Shown piece by piece: positions 55,288 to 64,000 of a stretch of DNA of 64,000 bases. The position numbers and the translations under genes were made by a program. The notes beneath the pieces are model-generated. The model searched no databases, was not told where the DNA came from, and worked only from the letters and a program-made list of their open reading frames with translations. Location: contig CAVVPN010000003.1 of the NCBI GenBank assembly GCA_963750165.1, positions 1,024,001-1,088,000 of the forward strand, written 5' to 3'. Position 1 is the first letter of the stretch, and every line of letters starts with the position of its first letter. Source of the DNA: an uncultured Gemmataceae bacterium. Its GTDB lineage: Bacteria; Planctomycetota; Planctomycetia; Gemmatales; Gemmataceae.

Positions 55288-55935
55288 CTATTCCCAATAC
55301 TCTTCCCACCGCTCCGCGAATGCCTGCTTCAGTCGTTCCCTGTAGGCGTAGGTCTTGATCTTGACCATCCACACGTCCGCGCCACCCGAGCCGCCCTTGC
55401 AGACCACCCCTTCCGACACGCCGTACTTGCCGGCCCGGACGTCCTCGGTGAACTTCCCCGTCAACTTGCCCTCGTACACCACCCGCGCCGTGTGCAGGTG
55501 CGCGAAGTCGGACACGAACTGACGCGGGCCGATCATCCCCAGGGGGTCCGCCTGCACGTCGAACAGCCGCAGTTCTTTCGGGTCGTCCTCCTTGTGCAGC
55601 CCTGCGAACGAGTTCGGCCCCAGGAACTCGGTGAACACCTTGAGCGCCGGGAACTCGCGGTAGTCCGGGTGCCCGCGGAAGACCTTCTCCAGGCCCTCGG
55701 CCAGCGTTCGTTGAAAAACATCAACGCACTCCCGCAGGTGGGCGTGCCGGCGCGCGAACTCTTCCACCCCGGCCTCCGTCAGATTGAATTCGTCGCGCCG
55801 GGTGCCGAAGGCGTGCCAGCCGAAGTCGCGGTCCCAGTCCCAGTGGAGGTTCGTGCCGTCGTACTTCTCGAAGGCAACACAGCGGCCCGCGGGGGCGTAC
55901 CGGCTACCTGGGATTTTCGGGTAGTGCAACACCAA
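55288..55935 (-). CDS. Stand-alone ATP-dependent RNA ligase-like nucleotidyltransferase
   Basis: YPKI, EKYDGTN (motif I), FTEF (III), LFDV (IIIa), EGVV (IV) and VKIK (V); start uncertain (55932-55944). Confidence 0.75.
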   Translation of the reverse strand: MVLHYPKIPGSRYAPAGRCVAFEKYDGTNLHWDWDRDFGWHAFGTRRDEFNLTEAGVEEFARRHAHLRECVDVFQRTLAEGLEKVFRGHPDYREFPALKVFTEFLGPNSFAGLHKEDDPKELRLFDVQADPLGMIGPRQFVSDFAHLHTARVVYEGKLTGKFTEDVRAGKYGVSEGVVCKGGSGGADVWMVKIKTYAYRERLKQAFAERWEEYWE

Positions 55936-55960
55936 TGACCTCAAACGTCTGTCCCATGCC

Positions 55961-56665
55961 TCATGCCCGCGCCGCCGTCAGCACCGCGTCCAAATCCTGC
56001 GACTCCGCGTGCCGCCACGCCTCCTCGGTGCCGATCGGCAGCCAGAAGTCCGCGCGCACCACCGCCACCGGCCGCCGCAGCGCCAGCTGGTTCACGTAGT
56101 CCGTGATCTCGTACTCGCCGCGCGGCGACAGCCCGATCTCGATGTCGAACACCTCCCGCGGGAACACATACGCCCCGGTGTTGGCCAGCTGCGGCGGCGG
56201 CAAATCCTGCGGCTTCTCCACCAGCTTCTCCAGCGTGCCGTCCGCCTTCAGGTACGCGATGCCGAAGCGGCGCGGTTCATCGACCTCGCGGGCCAGAAGG
56301 CCGGCCGGCTTCTCCGCCAGCGCCCGCAGGTCCGCCGCCCCGAACAGGTCGTCGCCGTTGAGCACCAGGAAGTGATCGGACTTCAGGTAAGCCTGGCACT
56401 GCCGCAGTGCGTCGCCGGTGCCGCGCGGCTGCTGTTGCGGCACCGCGGCCCAGTCGCGGAAGTGCGGTTGGCCGCGCAAATACTGCTCGACCTGCTCGGC
56501 CAGGTAATGCACGACCACGACCACGCGCGTCACCGCCGTGGGCAGCGCCCCCAGCGTCCAGTCGAGGATGGGCCGGCCGCGCACCGGCAACAGAGGCTTC
56601 GGCGTCGTCAGCGTGTGCGGGCGCAACCGCGTCCCCAACCCGGCCGCCAGGATGACCGCTTCCAT
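55961..56665 (-). CDS. Sugar-phosphate nucleotidyltransferase
   Basis: ILAAGLGTRLRP.T...PKPL, GTGDA, VEKP and SPRGEYEITD motifs. Confidence 0.92.
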   Translation of the reverse strand: MEAVILAAGLGTRLRPHTLTTPKPLLPVRGRPILDWTLGALPTAVTRVVVVVHYLAEQVEQYLRGQPHFRDWAAVPQQQPRGTGDALRQCQAYLKSDHFLVLNGDDLFGAADLRALAEKPAGLLAREVDEPRRFGIAYLKADGTLEKLVEKPQDLPPPQLANTGAYVFPREVFDIEIGLSPRGEYEITDYVNQLALRRPVAVVRADFWLPIGTEEAWRHAESQDLDAVLTAARA

Positions 56666-56875
56666 TCCCCGTGTCCTCAAACTTGACTCAGTTGTTGTCC
56701 TTACCACCGCGGGCAATTAACGCTCAAGACGCCCGCCTTGCATCGTCGAATATACCAGTGCGATCATCACCCGTCGTCCCACCCGCGCCACACAACCCCG
56801 CCGCCGCCGGCGCCAGGGCCCGCCTCCCGCGGTGCGCCGCCCCGGTCGCGCTGGCCAACGAAAGAAAGGAAACCC

Positions 56876-57208
56876 ATGCGCCGTTGCCTGTTTTCCCTGC
56901 TGTCCGTCACCCTCCTGGTTTCGCTGTTCGGCTGCTCCAGCGGTGGCAGCTGCCACTGGGCAGGCGTCTGCGACTGCCAGATCGGCACCGACTGGTGCTG
57001 CTACCCGCCCTACCAGGGCAACATCAAACCGGTGGTGCCCGTGGGTGCCATCGTTCCGGTCGGCCCAGGCGGCCCCATCGTGCCCGTGCCGATTTCCAAC
57101 GGCCCTGTGCCGGTCGCCCCGATGCCCGCCAAAGTCATGCCCGACGTGCCGAGCAAAGAGCCGCCGGTCAAGCAAATCCCCGGTAAGCAGTTGCCGCCGA
57201 TTCAGTAA
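56876..57208 (+). CDS. Small Cys- and Pro-rich lipoprotein
   Basis: AAGGA RBS; LFGC lipobox; CHWAGVCDC...WCC then a Pro/Val-rich tail. Confidence 0.7.
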   Translation: MRRCLFSLLSVTLLVSLFGCSSGGSCHWAGVCDCQIGTDWCCYPPYQGNIKPVVPVGAIVPVGPGGPIVPVPISNGPVPVAPMPAKVMPDVPSKEPPVKQIPGKQLPPIQ

Positions 57209-57227
57209 TCGGTTCGACCCGTCTGAC

Positions 57228-57273
57228 CCGCCGCAAGCGGCGTAGCGCTCTGCCGCTACGCCACTTGCGGCGG
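57228..57273. repeat. CCGCAAGCGG-type REP hairpin
   Basis: CCGCCGCAAGCGGCGTAGCG / CGCTACGCCACTTGCGGCGG. Confidence 0.75.
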
Positions 57274-57310
57274 TCACGGGAATCCCGCCGCCAAACCAAC
57301 CCGCCGCGCG

Positions 57311-58507
57311 CTAACCGTTGGGTTCCTCGGCCGCGCCCGCCAGCAACTCGACGATCACCGCGTCCGCCACGCACTTGCCCGCCCGCGTCAGCCGCACCGC
57401 GGCACTGTCGTCGGCCAGCAGCCCCAGCCCGGTCAGCTGCCGCACCTTTTCCCCAACCAGCACGTCCAGGTCGAACCCCGTTTGCGCCTGAAACGCCCGC
57501 CGTTCCACCCCCGCCGACCGCCGCAACTGCACGCTCACCGTCTCCAGTGCCCGCTCGTGCGGCGCCAGTTCCTCGCTCTGAAAGGTCGCCGGCTGTCCCG
57601 CCAGCGTGGCGCTCAGGTAGTGGTGCAGGTCGCGCGTGTTGAGTTCGCGGCGGCCGCGGACGTAGCGGGCCGCGCCCAGTCCGAAGCCGAAATACGCTTC
57701 GTTGGCCCAGTACACTTGATTGTGCCGGCTGCGGCAGCCCGGCCGCGCGAAGTTGGAAATCTCGTAGTGCTCCAGGCCCGCCGCCGCCAGTTCTTCCATT
57801 GCCGTCTCGTACAGCGCACGCTCGGCCTCCTCGTCCAGCGCCGTCACCTGCCGCGCCCGCCGCTGCTTCCACAACCGCGTGCCCTTCTCGTAGGTCAGAC
57901 CGTAGGTGGACAGGTGATCGACGCCCAGCGCCAGCGCCTGCCGCAGATCGTCGCGCCACATTGCTACCGTCTGACCCGGGGCGCCAAAAATCAGGTCCAG
58001 CGACACCCGGGCGATGCGCCGCCGCACTTCGGCGACGGCACGCGGCACCTCCGCGGGCGTGTGCTGCCGCTCCAGCACGCGCAGCAGCGTGCTCTGGAAC
58101 GACTGAGCGCCGAGGCTGACGCGATTGACGCCGTGGTCCGCGAGCAGGGCGATCTTGTCCGCGCCCAGGCTGTCGGGGTTGGCCTCGATGCTGAACTCGC
58201 CGTCCGGTTCCAGCGACAGCCAGCGGCGTAGCAGACCGAGCAGTTTTTCCAGTTGCGGCACCGTGAGGTGGCTGGGGGTGCCACCGCCAAGGAACAGCGT
58301 GCGTACCGGCTGCGGTTCGCCCAGCGTCGCCAGTTCACAGGCCAGCGCGTCGAGGTAACGGTCGGCGAGGTGGTCCTGGCCGACCGCGACGGCGAAGTCG
58401 CAGTAGCCGCAATGGTGAGCGCAGAAGGGGATGTGGACGTAGGCGGCGCGCGGCCAGAGCCAGGGTGGGGCGTCCGCGGCGACCGGCAGGGGTGGCGTGC
58501 GCGTCAT
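57311..58507 (-). CDS. hemW: Radical SAM heme chaperone HemW
   Basis: YVHIPFCAHHCGYCDF, GGGTPS, YEISNFA and SRHNQVYW motifs. Confidence 0.93.
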   Translation of the reverse strand: MTRTPPLPVAADAPPWLWPRAAYVHIPFCAHHCGYCDFAVAVGQDHLADRYLDALACELATLGEPQPVRTLFLGGGTPSHLTVPQLEKLLGLLRRWLSLEPDGEFSIEANPDSLGADKIALLADHGVNRVSLGAQSFQSTLLRVLERQHTPAEVPRAVAEVRRRIARVSLDLIFGAPGQTVAMWRDDLRQALALGVDHLSTYGLTYEKGTRLWKQRRARQVTALDEEAERALYETAMEELAAAGLEHYEISNFARPGCRSRHNQVYWANEAYFGFGLGAARYVRGRRELNTRDLHHYLSATLAGQPATFQSEELAPHERALETVSVQLRRSAGVERRAFQAQTGFDLDVLVGEKVRQLTGLGLLADDSAAVRLTRAGKCVADAVIVELLAGAAEEPNG

Positions 58508-58658
58508 GCCTTCACTATACAGGGCCGCACGGACGGCCGGCGCCGCGGCGGCGGGAAATTGGCTCGGCCGGAAGATTTTGCGATACGCCGGGCCACTGAC
58601 GTGGTTTAATGTCACGGATTCGTATCTTCCCGTAACGCCATCCGTGGAGCTAACTCCC

Positions 58659-60519
58659 ATGAGACGGAGTGTCCGCCTTCCCCTGGGCGCCGTCGCCCTG
58701 GTTGTCTTCCTTTGCGGCCTGTCCGCGGCCCAGCAGTCCGACCTGTCGGAGTATCGCACCCCTGAAAAGGCCATTGCCGCGAAGATCGAAAAAACGGCCG
58801 GCACGCCGCTGGCCGTGCGGCCGTTCCTGGGCGTGCAGGCGGCGCCCGACGCCAACGGCTGGCTGGTGGTCCGCGAGGTGGCAGCCGACTCCCCCGCCGC
58901 GAAGGCCGGCGTCCGCCCCGGCGATCAACTGTTGCTGGCCGACGGCTTCAGCCCGCGCGACGATGCCGACCTGGCCGAGGCGCTGGGCCGCAAGTTCCCC
59001 GGCGAAGCGGTGCGGCTCGTGCTGTCGCGGCAGGGCAAACGCCTGGACCTGAGCGTGAAGTTGACGGCGCTGAGCAGGCCGCGCATTCAGGGCAAGCCGC
59101 AGGCGAATCTGGGCGTGCGCGTGGTCCGGCGCCGGTCGGTGACGGTGTGACCATCGAGCGCATCACCCCCGGTTCGGCCGCCGAGAAGGCCGACCTCAAG
59201 GTCGGCGACCTCATCCTCAAGGCCGAGAATTTCGTGTTGAACGCGCCGGAGCAACTGCGCGAACTGGTGGCCACCCGGAAGCCCGGCGACACCCTGACCC
59301 TGACGCTGTTCGCGCCAGATCGGCCCATTGAGCGCAAGGTCATCCTCGGCGCCGAGGTGGTCGCTGGTCCGCCGCAGGGCTTCGGCGGCAAGAAAAAGGG
59401 CGGCGGGTTCGACTTCCGCAACAACAAGTACTGGACCGCAGGCGCCTATCGCCTGGGCATCATCCTGGTCGAGTACCCCGACGAGAAGCACAACGCCGTC
59501 ATCACGCCGAAGGCCTGGGAAGAGTCGATGTTCGGCCGCGGCACCTACACCAAGACCAGCGTGACCGGGCAACAGGTTTTCGGCAGCATGTACGACCACT
59601 ACCTGGAGCAGTCCTACGGCAAGCTGAAGATCGAGGGCAAAGCGTTCGACTATGTGCAGGTGAGCAAGAAGCGCGGCGAGTACGCCACCAGCCGAAGTGG
59701 CGGCAGCTACACCCTGCTGACGGAGGCGATGGACCTGGTCGTCAAGCGCGACGGCAAGGATGCCTTCAAGGGGCTGGACGGCGTGTTCTTCGTGTACGCG
59801 GGCGCCCGCTACAATTCGCCGCGCGGCAGCCTGTACTGGCCGCACCGCAGCAGCGTGTCATACGGCGGCAAGCGTTGGCCGTACTTCATCTGCGAGGAGC
59901 AGTCGCGCGGCAACAAGAACATGAACAACATCAGCGTCTTCAGCCACGAGTTCGGCCACATGCTCGGGCTGCCGGACCTGTACGCCCGGCCGGAGAACCC
60001 CGGCATGGAGGGCGTCGGCGTCTGGTGCCTGATGGCCAATCAGACGCCGGGCGGCCGGCCGCAGCACATGTGCGCCTGGTCCAAGGAAAAGCTCGGCTGG
60101 ATTCAGCCCACGATCATCGACCCGACCGTCCAGCAGAAGCTGGTCCTTGCCCCGATCGAGGACTCGCCGAAGAACTGCTTCAAGGTGCTGGTGCGCCGCG
60201 ATGGCAGCGAATATCTGCTGCTGGAGAACCGGGCCAGGAAGGGCTTTGACAAGGCGCTGCCGGCGGAGGGGCTGCTGATCTGCGCGTGGCCAACAACCGA
60301 CCGGTGCTGGAGGAGTCGCACGGCGTGCTCGGACCGCAGGGGCCGAACGTCTTCCGTGAGTCGGTGCCGTACCCCAGCGCCGCCAATGATGCGTTCACGC
60401 CGTACACGGTGCCGTCCAGCCAGTCGAAGCTCGGCGGCGGCCTGCCGGTGCATCTCACCAACATCCGCCGCCTGCCCGACGGGCGCGTCACGTTCCACAT
60501 TGGGTACGAGTACCAGTAA
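58659..60519 (+). CDS. Secreted M6-family (immune inhibitor A-like) metalloprotease with two PDZ domains (frameshifts near 59135 and 60283)
   Basis: Two PDZ units (DSPAAKAGV, GSAAEKADL), YLEQSYG, HEFGHMLGLPDLY, WCLMA and EYLLLENR motifs. Confidence 0.88.
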
Positions 60520-60524
60520 CCATC

Positions 60525-60607
60525 AATTCAAATTGCAGATTGCAGATGGCAAATTGACAGAAAGGTGCTGTCTGTCAATTTGCCATCTGCAATTTGCCAT
60601 CTGCAAT
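60525..60607. repeat. Heptamer inverted repeat (TTGCAGA)n / (TCTGCAA)n
   Basis: 23-bp perfect stem plus extra heptamers between the two M6 genes. Confidence 0.85.
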
Positions 60608-60623
60608 CGAACGAGAGGCCCTT

Positions 60624-62246
60624 ATGTTTCGTTCCCCTTTCCGCCCGCTGCTGCTCGTCGGCCCGCTGCTGGCGGCACTCAGCCTGTTTGCCACCGCGCA
60701 GGCGCCGCAGCGCCCCGACCTGAAGGATTATCGCACCGTCGCCACCGCCCGGACCACCACGATCAGCGGCGCTCCCGGCGGCCCCGGGCAGACCGGCTAC
60801 CTCGGCGTCGCCGTCGCGCGCAACGCTGAGGGCCGCCTCATCGTCGAGGACGTTTCCACCGACTCTCCGGCGGCGAAAGCTGGCCTGAAGAAGGGCGATG
60901 TCATCACCCGTGTCGGCGAGCACACCGTCAGCACACAGCAGGCGTTCCGCGAATGGCTGCAAACCTACAGCCCCGGCACCGCGGTCAAGTTCGCCGTCGT
61001 CCGCGACGGCCGGGCGACCGAGTTGACCGCGACGCTGGCCGCCACCAGCCGGCCCCTGACCTTCGCTGCCGGCAAGGGCGGTAAGGGCGGTAAAGGCGGT
61101 AAAGGCGGCAAGGGCGGCAAGGGGTTCAAGGGTGGCGGCTTCACGGCCCTGCCCCTGTGGACCAAACCCAGCCTGCGCCTGGCCGTGATCCGTGTCGAGT
61201 TCACCGACGTCAAGCACAACGCCAAGATCGCCACCCCGGACTGGGAAGCGGCGTTCTTCAGCAAGGGCGTCCACGTCAACAAGCAGAACGCTACCGGGCA
61301 GCAGGTTCACGGCAGTCTGAACGACTATTTCCTGGAGCAGTCCGCGGGCGGCTTCCATCTGGAGGGCAAGGTGTTTGAGTGGGTCAACGTCGGCAAGAAG
61401 CGCAGCGATTACATCCAGGGTTCGGGCACCGGCAACAAGACAGCGGTGCTGACCGACGCCCTCGCGAAGCTGACGGCCCGTGACGGCAAGGACGCTCTCA
61501 AGGACTTCGACGCCCTGGCGTTCGTCTACGCCGGCGAGCGCAGCGGCGGCAACCGCGGTCAGGTCTACTGGCCACACGCCGGCGGTCTGATCCAGGGCGA
61601 GAAGCGCTGGCCCTATCTCATCACCTACGAGGGCGGCTCACGGATGGCGCCGGTCAACCATTTCACCAAGCTGACCGCCCAGGTGCTGGGGCTGCCCGAC
61701 CTCGCGGCCCGGCCCGGCGACCCCGGTTCGCCGCCTGGACTCGGCGTCTGGTGCGCCCTGTCCGACCCCATCTCCGATGGCCGGCCGGCGCATCTGAGCG
61801 CCTGGGCCAAGCAAAAACTCGGCTGGGTGCAGCCCGCGACCATCGACCCCACCGTCAAGCAGAAACTGCTGCTATCGCCCATTGCGGATTCGCCGAAGGA
61901 GTGCTTCAAAATCCTCGTGCGGCCCAACGGCAGCGAATATTATCTGATCGAGAACCGCCGCAAGAAGGGCTTTGACTCAGACCTGCCGGGAGAGGGCCTG
62001 GTGATCTGGCGTGTGGTCGGCGACCGGCCGGCGTTGGTGGCGTCGCATGGCATCGAGGGGCCGTCGGCGGCGATGGTGTACCTTGGCGCGGTGCCGTACC
62101 CCAGCGAGGCCAACCACGCATTCACGCCAGACACGACGCCATCGAGTCGTTCGCCGCTGGGCGGCGGCCTGCCGGTGCATCTGACCGACATCCGCCGCCT
62201 GCCGGACGGTCGTATTGCGTTCAACATCGGCTACGAATATCGCTGA
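60624..62246 (+). CDS. PDZ plus M6-like protease homolog lacking the zinc-binding motif
   Basis: Colinear with the upstream gene, but HEFGH is replaced by KLTAQ and WCLM by WCAL. Confidence 0.85.
   Translation: MFRSPFRPLLLVGPLLAALSLFATAQAPQRPDLKDYRTVATARTTTISGAPGGPGQTGYLGVAVARNAEGRLIVEDVSTDSPAAKAGLKKGDVITRVGEHTVSTQQAFREWLQTYSPGTAVKFAVVRDGRATELTATLAATSRPLTFAAGKGGKGGKGGKGGKGGKGFKGGGFTALPLWTKPSLRLAVIRVEFTDVKHNAKIATPDWEAAFFSKGVHVNKQNATGQQVHGSLNDYFLEQSAGGFHLEGKVFEWVNVGKKRSDYIQGSGTGNKTAVLTDALAKLTARDGKDALKDFDALAFVYAGERSGGNRGQVYWPHAGGLIQGEKRWPYLITYEGGSRMAPVNHFTKLTAQVLGLPDLAARPGDPGSPPGLGVWCALSDPISDGRPAHLSAWAKQKLGWVQPATIDPTVKQKLLLSPIADSPKECFKILVRPNGSEYYLIENRRKKGFDSDLPGEGLVIWRVVGDRPALVASHGIEGPSAAMVYLGAVPYPSEANHAFTPDTTPSSRSPLGGGLPVHLTDIRRLPDGRIAFNIGYEYR
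61071..61124 (+). repeat. In-frame 9-bp tandem repeat x6 encoding (GKG)6
   Basis: GGYAARGGS units in the PDZ-protease linker. Confidence 0.9.
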
Positions 62247-62266
62247 GGTTTTCGCCTTCCAAAAGG

Positions 62267-62314
62267 GGGAAACGAACCGGCCTGGGTGCAAGCGCCCAGG
62301 CCGGTTCGTTTCCC
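62267..62314. terminator. Long hairpin downstream of the M6 pair
   Basis: GGGAAACGAACCGGCCTGGG / CCCAGGCCGGTTCGTTTCCC, perfect 20-bp stem. Confidence 0.6.
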
Positions 62315-62428
62315 AAGAAGGTCTGGTGAAGTAACTGAGAATCGGCTGGCTTTACTTGCGCAAACTGCTCTCAAGTTTGAACTTGAATCGACAGTAGCTG
62401 AAACAACGTCTTTTTTTCTTAAATTTGG

Positions 62429-62689
62429 ATGTCAGATGTAAACATTTCTAGAAATGTCTCTGTCGAACATGGTCAACCCTGGCAAACATCAGGAGGATAC
62501 GCAACCCATGCGCAAGGCAAGGCTGCTGGCCCTGCCTGTGACCCCCGGCTGCCGAACACCAGCACTTCCAGGGGATTACAAATCGCGCTGGCGGACGGCA
62601 GCGTCCGTATCCTGGACGCTGAAACGGACCAGAACGTTTTTTGGGGTATGGTGACGCCGAACGGCCGCGAAGTTATCTCATTTGAATGA
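62429..62689 (+). pseudogene. Orphan C-terminal fragment of a DUF1559 protein
   Basis: CDPRLPNT...LQIALADGSVR...FWGMVTPNGREV, preceded by AT-rich degenerate sequence. Confidence 0.6.
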
Positions 62690-62704
62690 ACAGGCCACCG
62701 CCTG

Positions 62705-63286
62705 CTAGCCACCCTTGATCCGCCGCAGACTGTCCTTCGCATGGATGCGCAACATCGGCCGCCCATTGGCAGCGATCTCCTGCAGCGCCGGCACCGCCTC
62801 GCGGGCAGCGGCACCCATCCGGCCGAGCGCCACAATCACATGGGCCGCGTAACGGTTCTTCGGCGTCAGCTGCTTCACCAGTAGCGGCACCGCCTCCTTC
62901 GCGTCCGCGCCCAGGTGACCGAGCACGTCCACCGCCAACGGATACGCCGCGGCGGCGTTGGGATCGCTCGATGGCCCCGGCCCCTTCTTGACGACCGCCA
63001 GCACCTCCGGCAGCGCCGGACGCGCGTTCAAACCCATCTTTGTCAGGGCGCTGAGGGCGAACACGGGGTTGTGCTTGCCCTCCTTGAGGTAGCCGCGCAG
63101 GGCCGGCACCGCCCGCGAACCGATGCGGCCCAGTTCCGTCGCCGCCGCCCAGGCGTCGGCCGTATTGGTGCCGCCCGCTTGCAACTTCTTCAGTTGCGCC
63201 TGCACCGCCGCATCATCCTGAGCCCGCGCCGGCGCTGCCCCGCAGACCAGCGCCAGCGCCGCCACCATGAATGCATATGTTCTCAT
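62705..63286 (-). CDS. Secreted HEAT-repeat protein
   Basis: Signal peptide MRTYAFMVAALAL...ARA; repeated LG.IG..A..AVPAL units. Confidence 0.85.
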   Translation of the reverse strand: MRTYAFMVAALALVCGAAPARAQDDAAVQAQLKKLQAGGTNTADAWAAATELGRIGSRAVPALRGYLKEGKHNPVFALSALTKMGLNARPALPEVLAVVKKGPGPSSDPNAAAAYPLAVDVLGHLGADAKEAVPLLVKQLTPKNRYAAHVIVALGRMGAAAREAVPALQEIAANGRPMLRIHAKDSLRRIKGG

Positions 63287-63297
63287 GACCCGGCCTC

Positions 63298-64000
63298 CTA
63301 ATTGTCCCAGTCCTTGCCCAGAACCTGGCCGTCGTTCGGGTTGCAGGCGTACCACCATGTCTGACCGCTGACCGACGGCGCCACAATCCGCGCCGTGCCA
63401 TCGAGCAGCAGCACGAGGATGCCTTCCTTGCGCAGCGCCTGCGGCAGCGCTGGGTCGCAGTCGCGCTGCTCCGGCACCACCTGGAACTTGCCCTGGTGGT
63501 AGTACGCGAACAGCGGCGCCCAGTAATACACCTGATCGTAACTCCAGATGGTCGGCATGCCGTTGCACACCTGGTAGCGCTCGGCCACGCCGATGGTGTT
63601 CGAGGTGCCGTCGCGGATGTCGGTCAGCCGGACGCCGCCCTGGGGACCATCCTTGAAGACCATCCAGTTGGCGGCGTAGTTGGTCGTCGGCAGCGTGTCC
63701 CGGAACTTGTTGCCGTTGGGGGCGCTCGCGTCCTTGTCGTCCACGTAAAGGGGGATCACCAGGTCGGTGGCGTTCTGCTGCCAGGCGTTCGCCTGTTCGA
63801 TGAACGGCAGCAGGTGGAAGTGCAGACTGCCGGACTTACCGCCGAAGTCGCCGACGGTCGGCGGCATTTTCTTGAAGGTGGCGTGGCAGTTGTGCAGGGC
63901 GAGGCCGATCTGCTTGAGGTTGTTCTTCTGCTGCTGCTGTTCGGCGCGGCCGCGGCTGGCGGCCACCGCCGGCAGCAACAGCCCCAGCAGCAGCGCGGTC
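63298..64000 (-). CDS. DUF1559 prepilin-like protein (5' end beyond the window)
   Basis: LLGLLLPAV...NNLKQIGLALHN, LLPFIEQ, IRDGTSNT...AE and LLDGTAR motifs. Confidence 0.92.
   Translation of the reverse strand, partial: TALLLGLLLPAVAASRGRAEQQQQKNNLKQIGLALHNCHATFKKMPPTVGDFGGKSGSLHFHLLPFIEQANAWQQNATDLVIPLYVDDKDASAPNGNKFRDTLPTTNYAANWMVFKDGPQGGVRLTDIRDGTSNTIGVAERYQVCNGMPTIWSYDQVYYWAPLFAYYHQGKFQVVPEQRDCDPALPQALRKEGILVLLLDGTARIVAPSVSGQTWWYACNPNDGQVLGKDWDN

Noticed and set aside
54233..55960. Integron-like cassette array
   Set aside because: No attC-like RYYYAAC...GTTRRRY ends could be identified and no integrase is present.

Overview
64 kb of high-GC bacterial chromosome. Gene content (DUF1559, DUF4058, PVC-type CxxCH protein, a LEDR-x-TP extracellular leader, ECF sigma/WD40 remnants, a PilM-PilN fusion) points to Planctomycetota, probably Gemmataceae-like; this is inference from family recognition, no search was run. 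About 50 genes are present, including pilM plus two large partner genes, recN, korAB flanked by two CBS genes, dacB, acyP, a DUF58-BatA-vWA operon, a YjhG/YagF xylonate dehydratase, hemW and two M6/PDZ proteases. Accessory patches carry toxin-antitoxin pairs, an Rpn-like gene, Uma2, DUF4058 and an RNA-ligase-like gene. About 13 genes carry frameshifts, most likely long-read assembly errors. I saw no rRNA, tRNA, CRISPR array, integrase or transposase. The strongest signals are: (1) two independent three-layer nested palindromic elements (outer REP-like palindrome, then a MITE with TTA-type target duplication, then an identical GTAG-REP doublet); (2) a diverged duplicate of the yjhG 3' end that cuts a vapC toxin gene; (3) an Rpn-like gene followed by a spare copy of its C-terminal module; (4) an active M6 protease next to a catalytically dead paralog; (5) an accessory cluster with a putative ART-fold protein and a stand-alone RNA ligase.
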